From the NCBI GenBank assembly GCA_001773215.1, contig MEWB01000001.1, positions 742,099-806,098 on the forward strand: DNA of 64,000 nt, read 5' to 3'. The stretch comes from a candidate division WWE3 bacterium RIFOXYC1_FULL_40_10 (GTDB lineage Bacteria > Patescibacteriota > WWE3 > UBA101185 > UBA10185). Shown here piece by piece: positions 9,262-18,779 of this stretch (within the stretch, counting starts at the first letter, position 1; every line of letters starts with the position of its first letter). The position numbers and the translations under genes were made by a program. The notes under the pieces were generated by a model that worked only from the letters and a program-made list of their open reading frames with translations, had not been told where the DNA came from and did no database searches.

Positions 9262-12129
9262 ATGCAATACATGCCAAAAGCAACTATTAATTCAAATCAA
9301 AAAAAAGCAATAGAACACAAAAGTGGAGCCTTATTGGTTGTTGCAGGCGCCGGCACAGGCAAAACCAGAGTAATAACAGAGCGAATCAAGTATTTAATCC
9401 AAAAACAGAAAGTTAACTCAAACAGTATACTTGCATTAACTTTTACCGAAAAAGCCGCCAAGGAAATGAGTGACAGAGTTGGAGATGTGATGCCTTTGGG
9501 CTACGAAGAACCATGGATAAACACTTTCCATTCTTTTGCAGATCGAATTTTAAAAAAAGACGGCCTTGAAATTGGCCTTAACCCCTCTTACAAAATTATC
9601 TCCGGGGCAGATCAATGGCTGTTGGTGAGAAGGAATCTTTTCAAATTTAAATTGGCATATTTTAGACCGATGGGAAACCCCACAAAATTTATTTCCGCCA
9701 TTTTAAGCTTTATCTCCCGTCTTCAGGATGAAAGTGTATCTGTGGAAGAGTTCACCGAATTTTCTAAGAAATTCCAAGGAGATGGATCACCCGAGAGTGA
9801 ACTCGAACAACAAAAATGGGCTGAATTGGCTCACGTTTATTCCGAGTACACACGTTTAAAATCAGAGAAATCAGTTCTAGACTTTGGTGACCTAATAACC
9901 AATACATTACTTTTATTTAAGTCGAGACCAAACATATTAAAGAAATACAAAGACCAGTTCAAGCATATTTTGGTCGACGAATTTCAGGATACCAACTATG
10001 CCCAGTACGATCTTATTAAAATGCTCTTCGATGCTTCGGAGCATGACAGAAGTTTACTAGTTGTGGGGGACGACTCCCAGTCCATTTATAAATTCAGAGG
10101 AGCTGCAGTTTCAAACATTTTACAGTTTAAAGAGGACTTTCCGAAAGCAGATATGGTGACTCTCGTAGACAACTATCGATCTACACAAGAAATATTAGAT
10201 CCGGCCTATAAACTGATAGTAAACAATAATCCGGATACTCTCGAATCTAAGTTGGGAATTTCCAAGGAACTTAAAAGCAAAATTGGCTACTCAAAGATAA
10301 GCCCCGAAGTAATAGAAGCCGAAAATCAGGAAGTTGAAAATGAACTTATTGTTCAAAAGATTCTTGAAATACTAGGCAAGGAGCCCCAGTTCACTTTTAA
10401 AGATTTCGCAATTTTAGCGAGGGCAAACAGCCATTTAGAGCCTATTATTTTAGCGTTAAGAAAGCATGAAATTCCCTACCAACTAGTAGGAAATCGAGGA
10501 CTTTACGACAGAGACGAAGTTAGAGACATAATTGCCTTCTTAAAAATATTAATTAACCCAATCGACAGTGTGAATTTATACAAAGTCTTAAATATTCCCA
10601 CACTACATATATCACATACAGTGGTAGCAAAACTTTTAGCTGATACAAAATTTAAAAAAGTGAGCCTATGGCAAAGCTTACAGGATTGTGACGACGATAA
10701 TACAAAAACACTCTTAAAAAAGATCACAGACCTGCAAACTCACATGGCGAAATTTATGCCTGCCGAATTGGTTTACGAGTTGGTTAACTCGATCAACTAT
10801 TTAAGCCAGTTTACCAAGGTCGAAACGGTTGATAACGTGCTTTGCATTAAAAACTTGGATCTATTTTTACAGAGAGTAAAGAAATTTGAAAACGATTTTT
10901 ACTCTGAAAAGCGTGATACACCTACAACAAATGATTTTGTAGATTACCTGGAATTAGTTGTTGAGGCCGGGGAAAACCCCGCACAAGCCGAAGTCGAAGA
11001 CATCGATACAGTAAACCTAATGACAGTACACGCCTCTAAAGGTTTGGAATTTCCTGTTGTATTTATGCCGGCTTTGATTGCCGGAAGATTTCCTACTCGC
11101 AATCGTAAAGACCCAATTATGATACCTGAGGAGTTAATAAGAGAAACCCTACCCACCGGAGACGAGCATATTCAAGAGGAGAGACGGTTATTTTACGTTG
11201 GGATGACAAGAGCCCAAAAATACTTGTTTTTAACTTACTCTATCGATTACGGAGGCAGGAGAGAGTCGACTCCAAGCGGATACCTTAACGAAATCGGAAT
11301 AACTACTCAAAAAGTATCCCCTACGGAGTTGTCTGCCGCTCGACAGAACAGTTTGTTTGGAATGGCAAGCACTTTTAGAGACCCACTTGCGCTCGAACCG
11401 AAAAGTTTTGTCCCTTACGTCTTGAGCTACTCTCAAATAGATAAATACGAAACCTGCCCTTTACAGTATAAATATGCTTATGTTCTAAGGATTCCGACCC
11501 TACCAAATTCAGCTCTAAGCTTCGGGAGCACAATCCATGACACCTTGCGAGACTTTCACACCAAAAAAACTTTTGATAAAAATGTAACTTACGAAGATTT
11601 AATGGAGATGTATAAGAATAACTGGCAACCGTTGGGTTATTTGGAGGCAGAACATCGGGAACAAAGGTTTGAGGATGGGAAAGACATATTACGCAGATAT
11701 TTTGAAAAGCATACTAACGAGGAAATTAAACACAAAGCTTTAGAAAAGAACTTTAACATTAAAATAGGAGATGTTAAATTTACCGGCCGAATTGACCGAA
11801 TGGATGATTTAGGTGATGGCAAAGTAGAAATTGTCGATTACAAAACAGGGCAGGCCAAATCCCAAAAAGAAGTAGATAAGGACGAACAGGTTACAACATA
11901 TGCAATTGCTGCAAAGGAGGCTTTTGGGCTGGAGGCGGAAAAGCTGAGCCTGTACTTTGTAGAATCCGGCGAGAAAATTTCAACTACCAGAACACAAGAG
12001 CAACTTGATGCAATGAAAGATAAGATCAGGCTAATTATCGAAAAAATGAAGCGAGGCGATTTTGAGGCCACTCCGGGGATTCACTGCAGCTGGTGTGATT
12101 TTAAGGAAATTTGCCCATTTGCACTATAG
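9262..12129 (+). CDS. UvrD/Rep-family helicase fused to a C-terminal PD-(D/E)XK (RecB/Cas4-like) nuclease domain
   Basis: Walker A GAGTGKT, then helicase motifs. C-terminal IDRMDD...VEIVDYKTG plus a cysteine cluster (C...CSWCDF...CPF) typical of Fe-S RecB-family nucleases. Confidence 0.8.
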   Translation: MQYMPKATINSNQKKAIEHKSGALLVVAGAGTGKTRVITERIKYLIQKQKVNSNSILALTFTEKAAKEMSDRVGDVMPLGYEEPWINTFHSFADRILKKDGLEIGLNPSYKIISGADQWLLVRRNLFKFKLAYFRPMGNPTKFISAILSFISRLQDESVSVEEFTEFSKKFQGDGSPESELEQQKWAELAHVYSEYTRLKSEKSVLDFGDLITNTLLLFKSRPNILKKYKDQFKHILVDEFQDTNYAQYDLIKMLFDASEHDRSLLVVGDDSQSIYKFRGAAVSNILQFKEDFPKADMVTLVDNYRSTQEILDPAYKLIVNNNPDTLESKLGISKELKSKIGYSKISPEVIEAENQEVENELIVQKILEILGKEPQFTFKDFAILARANSHLEPIILALRKHEIPYQLVGNRGLYDRDEVRDIIAFLKILINPIDSVNLYKVLNIPTLHISHTVVAKLLADTKFKKVSLWQSLQDCDDDNTKTLLKKITDLQTHMAKFMPAELVYELVNSINYLSQFTKVETVDNVLCIKNLDLFLQRVKKFENDFYSEKRDTPTTNDFVDYLELVVEAGENPAQAEVEDIDTVNLMTVHASKGLEFPVVFMPALIAGRFPTRNRKDPIMIPEELIRETLPTGDEHIQEERRLFYVGMTRAQKYLFLTYSIDYGGRRESTPSGYLNEIGITTQKVSPTELSAARQNSLFGMASTFRDPLALEPKSFVPYVLSYSQIDKYETCPLQYKYAYVLRIPTLPNSALSFGSTIHDTLRDFHTKKTFDKNVTYEDLMEMYKNNWQPLGYLEAEHREQRFEDGKDILRRYFEKHTNEEIKHKALEKNFNIKIGDVKFTGRIDRMDDLGDGKVEIVDYKTGQAKSQKEVDKDEQVTTYAIAAKEAFGLEAEKLSLYFVESGEKISTTRTQEQLDAMKDKIRLIIEKMKRGDFEATPGIHCSWCDFKEICPFAL

Positions 12130-12202
12130 GTTGACGGAATACCTGCTTTGAGTTAAAATATCACAAATCCCAATAATTCAGTCGATAGAAAAGGAGCTGA
12201 AA

Positions 12203-12460
12203 ATGCTAATTTTTCAATTAGTTGCACCCATCGCGGCCGTGATGTTAGTTCTAATCATCGGCGGTTACTACGATAGAGCGGTCAAAGAGGCTTGTTATTT
12301 GAAACCGCAGGCCTCAGGAGAAGATCAACACGATGATTCTGAGCTGGATCACAGGATTAAGTTATACAGGTGCTTGCAAAAAGCGACCTTGTATTCCCTC
12401 ATCGAGGTTACACTGCTCGGTGCTCTCTTTATCACCCTGCTTTTCCCAGCACCGAAATGA
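12203..12460 (+). CDS. Small two-TM membrane protein, paralog 1 of 3
   Basis: AAGGAG RBS. TM-loop-TM architecture ending ...LLFP. Confidence 0.45.
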   Translation: MLIFQLVAPIAAVMLVLIIGGYYDRAVKEACYLKPQASGEDQHDDSELDHRIKLYRCLQKATLYSLIEVTLLGALFITLLFPAPK

Positions 12461-12491
12461 ACTTGGCTTGCAATAAGCAAAAAGGAGAAAC

Positions 12492-12761
12492 ATGGACGAA
12501 ATAGTTCTGCTTGTAACAAGGCTTATCGCGGGGGGAATAGCACTCGCTTTATTCCTGATAGGATTTTTGGCTGAGCTCAAATCGGACAAATATAAGGGCA
12601 TGGAGTCTAAGGCAAAACGCCAAAATATGCTAGGGGCGTCCAACAACTATAACGCCCTTGCTAAACGTTTCCGAATGACGGCGCGTTGGGCAATGTACTC
12701 TGGTTGGACATTCCTGGGGTTAGAGTTACTCCTGCTCCTATTTCCAATCCTGTGGAGGTAA
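12492..12761 (+). CDS. Small two-TM membrane protein, paralog 2 of 3
   Basis: AGGAG RBS. Same architecture as the first, also ending ...LLLFP. Confidence 0.45.
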   Translation: MDEIVLLVTRLIAGGIALALFLIGFLAELKSDKYKGMESKAKRQNMLGASNNYNALAKRFRMTARWAMYSGWTFLGLELLLLLFPILWR

Positions 12762-12763
12762 AG

Positions 12764-13051
12764 GTGAACATTTACACCATATCTGTCTGGTACCTGGCAG
12801 CTTTCCTGTTTGCAGTATTTTCCTCGCTTCTGGCAAAAGTGTTTGCAGCAAGGAACTACAGGGACAGCTGTTTTGCGTTGCTGAGGGCTCTTAACTCAGA
12901 TTCCAACTCTAATTTAGGCCAGGTTTTCTTGAACGAATATGTTAGGTTCAAGCTAACAGCCCTAAATATGGAACTTGCTGCCGAGATATGTCTTTACTTT
13001 GTTTTTCTTGGCATGCTGTTGTTTGTTATTGTTTACCTAAGAACATTGTGA
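12764..13051 (+). CDS. Small two-TM membrane protein, paralog 3 of 3 (GTG start)
   Basis: GGAGG RBS and a GTG start 3 nt after the stop of the previous ORF. The track's longer version from 12686 overlaps ORF 2. Confidence 0.4.
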   Translation: MNIYTISVWYLAAFLFAVFSSLLAKVFAARNYRDSCFALLRALNSDSNSNLGQVFLNEYVRFKLTALNMELAAEICLYFVFLGMLLFVIVYLRTL

Positions 13052-13058
13052 CCGATTC

Positions 13059-13097
13059 GGACCGGATGCTGAATTTTAGCAACCGGTCCTTTTGTTT
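13059..13097 (+). terminator. Rho-independent terminator after the membrane-protein trio
   Basis: GGACCGG-17 nt loop-CCGGTCC stem followed by TTTTGTTTC. Confidence 0.5.
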
Positions 13098-14024
13098 CTA
13101 CAAACTTGTTAGCGACCACTTGCTCAAAAGTCTCATCGTAGCACTTGTGTATTTTATATAAGGAAACTGCTGAGTTACTATTTCCCCGCCAAATTTTTCC
13201 TTAAAATGCGAGAAACCTCCCCAATTTTTGGTAAAACCGGGAAACCTGGGGTCGTCTAGTCCTTCCAGATCCAGATACATAAGCCCACACTTTTTTAGAT
13301 ATAAAATAGATTTCCACATCAACTCATATCCGGTATTTTGTCCTCTGCCTTTTGACGTAGTTCCCCCGGTAACAAATACCCCCGTTCCTTTATCAGCGAC
13401 AAAAAACTGCGCCCCCACAAGCTCTTTTTCTCCATCGTAAACAAAAACCATGTAGGCACTCTCTTTAAATGCCTTAACTCGCCCAAAGTAGTCGGACAAT
13501 GGCGGCATATAAAACTTTTTGGTTTGTGCGGTATTCTTAAAAACAGAAAAAGCTTTCTTAATAGTGTCCTCTTTAGGATATGTAAAAGTCTCCACCGTAG
13601 CACCCTCGCGCTGGGCTCGCCTAATAGCATACTTGCCACTTTTAGATATTTTTTTCCATAACTCTTCCTCACTGAGCTGTAAATTTATATACATTGTTTT
13701 AGTTGGAGTCTGTGGAAATCTGCTAACAACAAAACCCGCATTTAACAGTACCTGCTCATTTTGGCTCACTGAGGGTTCAATTTTAATAAAAGCCGCTTTT
13801 TGTTCCAAACAAATTTTTTCAATTTCCTCAATATCTGATTTATCCAAAACTCGGCATCTCTGAATCTTAACCAAACTTCCCAAAAGAAAAGGTTTAACTA
13901 AAATACCTACATCTTTGGATGTAAATATCATTTTCCACCCATAGATCGCCAGATAATCCCCCCACTTCTTCGACTGTCTGGGATCGGGAATAAAACTCAC
14001 CTCAGTGCTTTCAATATTTTCCAT
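13098..14024 (-). CDS. FemAB-family peptidyltransferase (peptidoglycan interpeptide-bridge formation), paralog B
   Basis: FemABX-like length (~310 aa). C-terminal GGFSHFKEKFGG is characteristic of the family. Confidence 0.6.
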   Translation of the reverse strand: MENIESTEVSFIPDPRQSKKWGDYLAIYGWKMIFTSKDVGILVKPFLLGSLVKIQRCRVLDKSDIEEIEKICLEQKAAFIKIEPSVSQNEQVLLNAGFVVSRFPQTPTKTMYINLQLSEEELWKKISKSGKYAIRRAQREGATVETFTYPKEDTIKKAFSVFKNTAQTKKFYMPPLSDYFGRVKAFKESAYMVFVYDGEKELVGAQFFVADKGTGVFVTGGTTSKGRGQNTGYELMWKSILYLKKCGLMYLDLEGLDDPRFPGFTKNWGGFSHFKEKFGGEIVTQQFPYIKYTSATMRLLSKWSLTSL

Positions 14025-14932
14025 CGGAGTTTGTTGGCAGTGTTAAATAAGTTGTATAAACCTGCATTTATCACTAAATCATACGAATCTATATAAATTA
14101 CGTGTTTTCCCCCAAATTTGGCTTTAAAGTTGCTAAAACCATAATACTGATCGGTTACATCATCGAGGTCAACAGCGGCCCCCCACATATCAAAGGTTTT
14201 AAAGTGATGCCTTTTGGCGTATAAAATTGCTTCCCAGCCTATTAAACAGCTTGCCTGTAAGTTCTTAAAATCTTCAGATGAACCTCCGTATGGATAATAA
14301 AGCGTATCCCCATAGGCAAGCAAAAACCATGAGGCTAAAATTTTCCCATCTATTTCCGCCGACAAAATCCTAACTTGGTCGTCAACTCCAAACAGCTCTC
14401 TAATTTTCCCGATATACTTTTTGGATCTGAAATAATATTTTTGCCTTTTGCCGGTGGCACTATATAGTTCGTAAAATTTATCGAAGGCTTTGTCTGAATG
14501 ATCTTCGGTTACCAGAACTCCTTTTTTCCTTGCATAGTTAATGTTGTACCTTTGCTTTGTATGAAGCTTACTATTTAATTCATCTTCCGATTGCGAAAGG
14601 TCTACTAGAAAATTTCCTTTAGCAAACTCATCTCGGGGAGAAACAACACAATGTCTTTTCAACACATCGGTCGCCAGGCTTTCTTCTTTTGTTCCTTTTA
14701 CAACATTGGGAACATCGAAATGTAAGGCTACACAATTGTTGTCTTCCAGAGATTTAACAAGTGGCACAAAGTCGACAACAAGAGGATCAACTCTTGGAGC
14801 ATAACCATAATACTTTCCCGAGAAAGGGATTGCATGTTTTGTGTACCAAACGTTACCGGCATTAACAACCGGAGTACCGAATTCCTCTTTAAATTTTGCC
14901 CAAAGCTGGGATTGCAAGATATGCCCTTCCAT
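13997..14932 (-). CDS. FemAB-family peptidyltransferase, paralog A (tandem, 28-nt overlap with the next)
   Basis: N-terminal QSxxWAKFK and C-terminal GFSNFKAKFGG FemAB-type motifs. Confidence 0.6.
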   Translation of the reverse strand: MEGHILQSQLWAKFKEEFGTPVVNAGNVWYTKHAIPFSGKYYGYAPRVDPLVVDFVPLVKSLEDNNCVALHFDVPNVVKGTKEESLATDVLKRHCVVSPRDEFAKGNFLVDLSQSEDELNSKLHTKQRYNINYARKKGVLVTEDHSDKAFDKFYELYSATGKRQKYYFRSKKYIGKIRELFGVDDQVRILSAEIDGKILASWFLLAYGDTLYYPYGGSSEDFKNLQASCLIGWEAILYAKRHHFKTFDMWGAAVDLDDVTDQYYGFSNFKAKFGGKHVIYIDSYDLVINAGLYNLFNTANKLRWKILKALR

Positions 14933-15102
14933 ACCTTATATTGTCGCATAAAGATCGTTTATTGCAATTACGCAAAGACCCAAGGTATAATTGCCTGGAC
15001 AATTTAATATTTGTTCCGTTGGTGCGGGACAGGGAGAGTTCGGTGTTTTGGTAGAAAAATGCCGGACACAGCCCGGCAAACTGAAAAGGGAGTCGGGCTT
15101 TT

Positions 15103-15840
15103 CTATTCTAGAGGTTTTATATGATTTCCTACGTCGTATTCGAGTTTTTTTGTTTTAATATCGCCCTTTACCCAATAGTAAATGGTTCTTGGGACTTGGT
15201 ATTTAACAAAACCCCATCTTCCGTATTTATCTAGGCGTCTTACCGAAAACAATATCTTGGGATCTTTCAACAAAGCATAATTGAATCCGGCCTTATGCAT
15301 GTATTTCATCAAAGAAAAATCCTCCCCACACTCAATAGCTTCGTCAAATCCCCCAACCTGATCAAATGCCTCTTTTCTGCAGTATATAAATGTCCCGATT
15401 GCCCCAGGAGTGAAATGCTTAGTTGCTTCAAGATAAAGATTGGCGGTCGAATACAAAAGTCTATCGAACAATCTGTTTGAAATTGGCCGATTATGGGATG
15501 TTAACATATCCGTTTTAGGATGGCCTTTAAGATAATCGGAAAGTTTCTTTAGGAAATCAGGTTCCAATACGGTGTCGGCATCAAAAAAACATAAGTTATC
15601 AGTGGACGCTTTAGAAGCAGCGAAGTTTCTTTGAAAAGATATTCCCTTTTTTTCCGGCACAAATATTTTTAAATCCAGCTGGGCTTCGTATCCCTTTACA
15701 ACTTCCATTGTTTTGTCGGTGGATTTTCCATCCACTAGTATAACTTCAAAGTTTTTATATGTTTGCAAAATTAGGGAATCTAAAAGTTTTCCAACATAAA
15801 ATTCTTCGTTTAGAGTAATAATTAGTACACTTAATTTCAT
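15103..15840 (-). CDS. Family-2 glycosyltransferase
   Basis: Reads MKLSVLIITLNEE...ILVDGKSTDKT...FFDADT (GT2 DxD region). Start set at the internal ATG at 15840, 4 nt after the ksgA stop, rather than the track start at 15885. Confidence 0.75.
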   Translation of the reverse strand: MKLSVLIITLNEEFYVGKLLDSLILQTYKNFEVILVDGKSTDKTMEVVKGYEAQLDLKIFVPEKKGISFQRNFAASKASTDNLCFFDADTVLEPDFLKKLSDYLKGHPKTDMLTSHNRPISNRLFDRLLYSTANLYLEATKHFTPGAIGTFIYCRKEAFDQVGGFDEAIECGEDFSLMKYMHKAGFNYALLKDPKILFSVRRLDKYGRWGFVKYQVPRTIYYWVKGDIKTKKLEYDVGNHIKPLE

Positions 15841-15844
15841 CTCA

Positions 15845-16612
15845 TCAATTATACAACTTATACAAGTCAAGCCATTTACCCACACCTAGATCCTGTGGTC
15901 TAAGAGAAGGGTCAATTCCCGCATCTAACAAAAGCTGCTTATCGAACCGCTTATTAATCATTTTTCGAGGGCTACCAAAACCTTTGTGCAAAAAACCTTC
16001 ATACTTTTTGATAAATTCTCTCGTAAATTTCTCTTCTCCCTGCTTTTTCTCCAGTTTAATTATTGAACTGTCCACCTTGGGAACAGGGTAAAAACTCATA
16101 TTAGAAATTGTTTTCACGTAAGTGGTGTCGTAAAAGGTCTGCACGAACACAGATAAATATGAGGCATCCGGCTCCATTGCACAAACCTTTTCTCCCACCT
16201 CTTTTTGCACCATAAAAACAGCCTTTTTGGCCATATTATCGGTTTGTATTAAAGCATGAAGTATTGGAGAGGTTATGTAATAGGGAATAGAACCCAATAC
16301 TTTGTATGGCTTATTCGGGGAGTTTTGCGGCAACCATTTAAGAAAGTTGTCGTAGATAACCGTGATATTTTTGTTGTTACTGTACCTGGCTGTAAGTTGT
16401 GCTACCAACCGAGGGTCATATTCCACGGCTAATACAGTGCAATTTAATTTGGCCAGTCGGTCAGTTAACACTCCTGTTCCGGGTCCGATCTCGATAACAA
16501 AGTCATTATCGGTCAAACTTAACTCCTCAATCATCATGTTGGCAACTGTTGTGTCTTGCAAAAAATTCTGCCCTAAATTTTTAATTGGCTTTATCACAAG
16601 GGAATTATACAT
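15845..16612 (-). CDS. ksgA: 16S rRNA (adenine1518/1519-N6)-dimethyltransferase RsmA/KsgA
   Basis: LGQNFLQD signature, SAM-binding VIEIGPGTG, KsgA length. Start taken at the MYNSLVIKP methionine, approximately 16612. Confidence 0.85.
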   Translation of the reverse strand: MYNSLVIKPIKNLGQNFLQDTTVANMMIEELSLTDNDFVIEIGPGTGVLTDRLAKLNCTVLAVEYDPRLVAQLTARYSNNKNITVIYDNFLKWLPQNSPNKPYKVLGSIPYYITSPILHALIQTDNMAKKAVFMVQKEVGEKVCAMEPDASYLSVFVQTFYDTTYVKTISNMSFYPVPKVDSSIIKLEKKQGEEKFTREFIKKYEGFLHKGFGSPRKMINKRFDKQLLLDAGIDPSLRPQDLGVGKWLDLYKLYN

Positions 16613-16620
16613 AAAAAATC

Positions 16621-16655
16621 CCCGAGGACTAAAATACATCCTCGGGAATAGAAAC
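16621..16655 (-). terminator. Terminator after the UvrD/PcrA helicase gene, immediately upstream of ksgA
   Basis: On the minus strand, CCGAGGA-loop-TCCTCGG followed by GGGATTTTTT running into the ksgA ATG. Confidence 0.4.
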
Positions 16656-16712
16656 TACGGGCACACAGTAGCAACTAATGTCCCCAGAATAAGCAAGGGG
16701 GTCTTTCTACTT

Positions 16713-18662
16713 CTACTCCCAGCTAAAGTTTCCCCGATCAACCTCCATATCTCCCATATACTCATCCATCTCCAACTGTATTTTTCCTCCGGTTCCAAAC
16801 ATACCTTTAGCTTCCAATAGTTTCGGAGGAATTTCGTCTAAAAATCGGCTAGGCAAATTGGTTTGGATACTCCCAAAGTACATTCTCGACTGCGTATTAG
16901 TTAGATACAATGTGCTCATTGCCCTGGTAATTGCCACATATGCTAAACGGCGCTCCTCTTCAAGCTCCTCTAAACTTTCCATCGAATTACTATGAGGAAA
17001 CAAGCCCTCTTCTAGGCCAACAATAAATACCACTTTAAACTCCAAACCTTTTGCGGCATGAATAGTCATCAAAGTTACAGCGTCAAAGTTTTCCGGATCG
17101 GTTCTGTCGGCACTTTCAATCAGCGCAACATTCTCTAAGAACGTATCAAGCTCTTTAAACCTGGAAGCCACTGTTTTCAACTCTTTCACATTTTCTATTC
17201 TCTGTTTACTCTCGTCGGTTCCGTCGTCGAGCCAACCCAAATAGCCTGTTTTTTCTAAGACTTCCTCCATAATCTGTAAAGTTGGTTTTTCTTTTGAGGC
17301 GGCTGTCCAGTTGGAAAAAGGCAATTTGGTCTTGGCTTCCACATCAGCCAAATTCCACCCTTGAGAAGCTAACATATCCTGGGTTTTTTTACCTATCCCT
17401 CTTGCCGGAACGTTTATTATTCTGTCCCAAGAAACTTTATCCTTTGGATTATGGATCACCCGCAGGTATGCAATAATATCCTTAATTTCTTTGCGCGAAT
17501 AAAAACGCACACCTCCAACTATTTTATAGGGAATATTGGCGCTTATTAAGCTCTCCTCTAAATTTCGTGATTGTGCATTCGTTCGATATAGCACAGCAAT
17601 TTGTTTATAAGTCATCCCCCCGGCAATACCCGTCAATATTTGCTCCACTACAAAAGCCGCTTCTTCTTTTTCGCTCCTACCCGTGAAAACGGTTATTTTC
17701 TCTCCTGCTCCGTTGTCGGTCCACAACTCAAGCGGAATGTGCGATGTGTTCTGGGAAATCACCCGTGTTGCAGCATCAAGAATTGTTTGCGTAGATCTAT
17801 AATTTTGTTCCAAATTGTAAACCTTCGAATCAGGATAATCTTTTTCGAAGTTCATTATGTTGCGGTAATCAGCTCCTCGAAAGCTGTAAATTGCCTGCGA
17901 CATATCTCCTACCACAAACAAGTTGCGGTGCATCTGGGCAAGCATTTTTGCCAGGGTGTACTGGGCGTGGTTTGTATCCTGATATTCATCGATCAAAATA
18001 TACTTAAATAATTTTTGATACTTATCCAAAACCTGGGGTACTTCTCTAAACAACCTAACAGTTTCGCTTAAGAGATCATCAAAATCCATGGCCTCGTTAT
18101 CCCTTAATCGCTTTTGATATTCCGGGTAAATTTTGGCCGCTGTTTTTTGAAAATAGCCTTGTGCATATTTTTGATATGCCTCGGCGCTTACAAGCTCGGA
18201 TTTACAGCCTGATATTGTGCCAAGAACTGCCTTGGGATTAAATTTTTTGGCTTCTATACCAAAGTCTTTCATTATCGCTTTTATTACCGAAACCTGATCA
18301 TCTGTATCATATATTACAAAAGATGATGAAAGTCCCAGGTGCTTGCCATCTATCCGCAAAATGCGTGAACATATAGAATGAAAAGTGCCTCCCCAGCTTA
18401 ACTTAGCATTTTTCTCTAACAGATGTGTTACTCGGCTTTTTATCTCTCCGGCAGCCTTGTTGGTAAAGGTTACGCATAAGATGTTAATTTCAGGAATTTT
18501 ATGTTCATTGATTAAATACGCTACCCGGTGGGTTAAAACCCTAGTCTTTCCCGAGCCCGGACCGGCTACTACTAAAGCAGGGCCTGTGTAATGTTTTACT
18601 GCGGCTATTTGCTGAGGATTTAGGTTGTTTAATAGAGTTGTCGTATCCACGAAGCATATCAT
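16713..18662 (-). CDS. pcrA: UvrD/PcrA-type ATP-dependent DNA helicase
   Basis: LNPQQIAAV...AGPGSGKTRVLTHRVAYLI, DEYQDTN and the remaining SF1 motifs. Start taken at the ATG at 18662; the track starts at a TTG at 18686. Confidence 0.85.
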   Translation of the reverse strand: MICFVDTTTLLNNLNPQQIAAVKHYTGPALVVAGPGSGKTRVLTHRVAYLINEHKIPEINILCVTFTNKAAGEIKSRVTHLLEKNAKLSWGGTFHSICSRILRIDGKHLGLSSSFVIYDTDDQVSVIKAIMKDFGIEAKKFNPKAVLGTISGCKSELVSAEAYQKYAQGYFQKTAAKIYPEYQKRLRDNEAMDFDDLLSETVRLFREVPQVLDKYQKLFKYILIDEYQDTNHAQYTLAKMLAQMHRNLFVVGDMSQAIYSFRGADYRNIMNFEKDYPDSKVYNLEQNYRSTQTILDAATRVISQNTSHIPLELWTDNGAGEKITVFTGRSEKEEAAFVVEQILTGIAGGMTYKQIAVLYRTNAQSRNLEESLISANIPYKIVGGVRFYSRKEIKDIIAYLRVIHNPKDKVSWDRIINVPARGIGKKTQDMLASQGWNLADVEAKTKLPFSNWTAASKEKPTLQIMEEVLEKTGYLGWLDDGTDESKQRIENVKELKTVASRFKELDTFLENVALIESADRTDPENFDAVTLMTIHAAKGLEFKVVFIVGLEEGLFPHSNSMESLEELEEERRLAYVAITRAMSTLYLTNTQSRMYFGSIQTNLPSRFLDEIPPKLLEAKGMFGTGGKIQLEMDEYMGDMEVDRGNFSWE

Positions 18663-18715
18663 AGGGCAAGGTAGGACCAAGCACAAGCTTTGAATAAATA
18701 AGGTTGAGCTATAGG

Positions 18716-18744
18716 TTGCCAGGAATTCCCCCTACTGGTATAAT
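18716..18744 (+). promoter_or_regulatory. Sigma70-like promoter TTGCCA-N17-TATAAT upstream of the 18780 gene
   Basis: Near-consensus hexamers with a 17-nt spacer. AAAGGAG RBS at ~18766. Confidence 0.5.
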
Positions 18745-18779
18745 CACTCAAATATTGGCTATTTAAAAGGAGCTGAGCA

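Noticed and set aside
14933-15102. A 170-nt intergenic region checked for a tRNA or SRP-RNA-like element
   Set aside because: No T-loop (GGTTCGAATCC-like) or SRP domain-IV consensus was found. The hairpin plus T-tract there is better explained as the minus-strand terminator of the GT2 gene. Still worth an Infernal/tRNAscan run.
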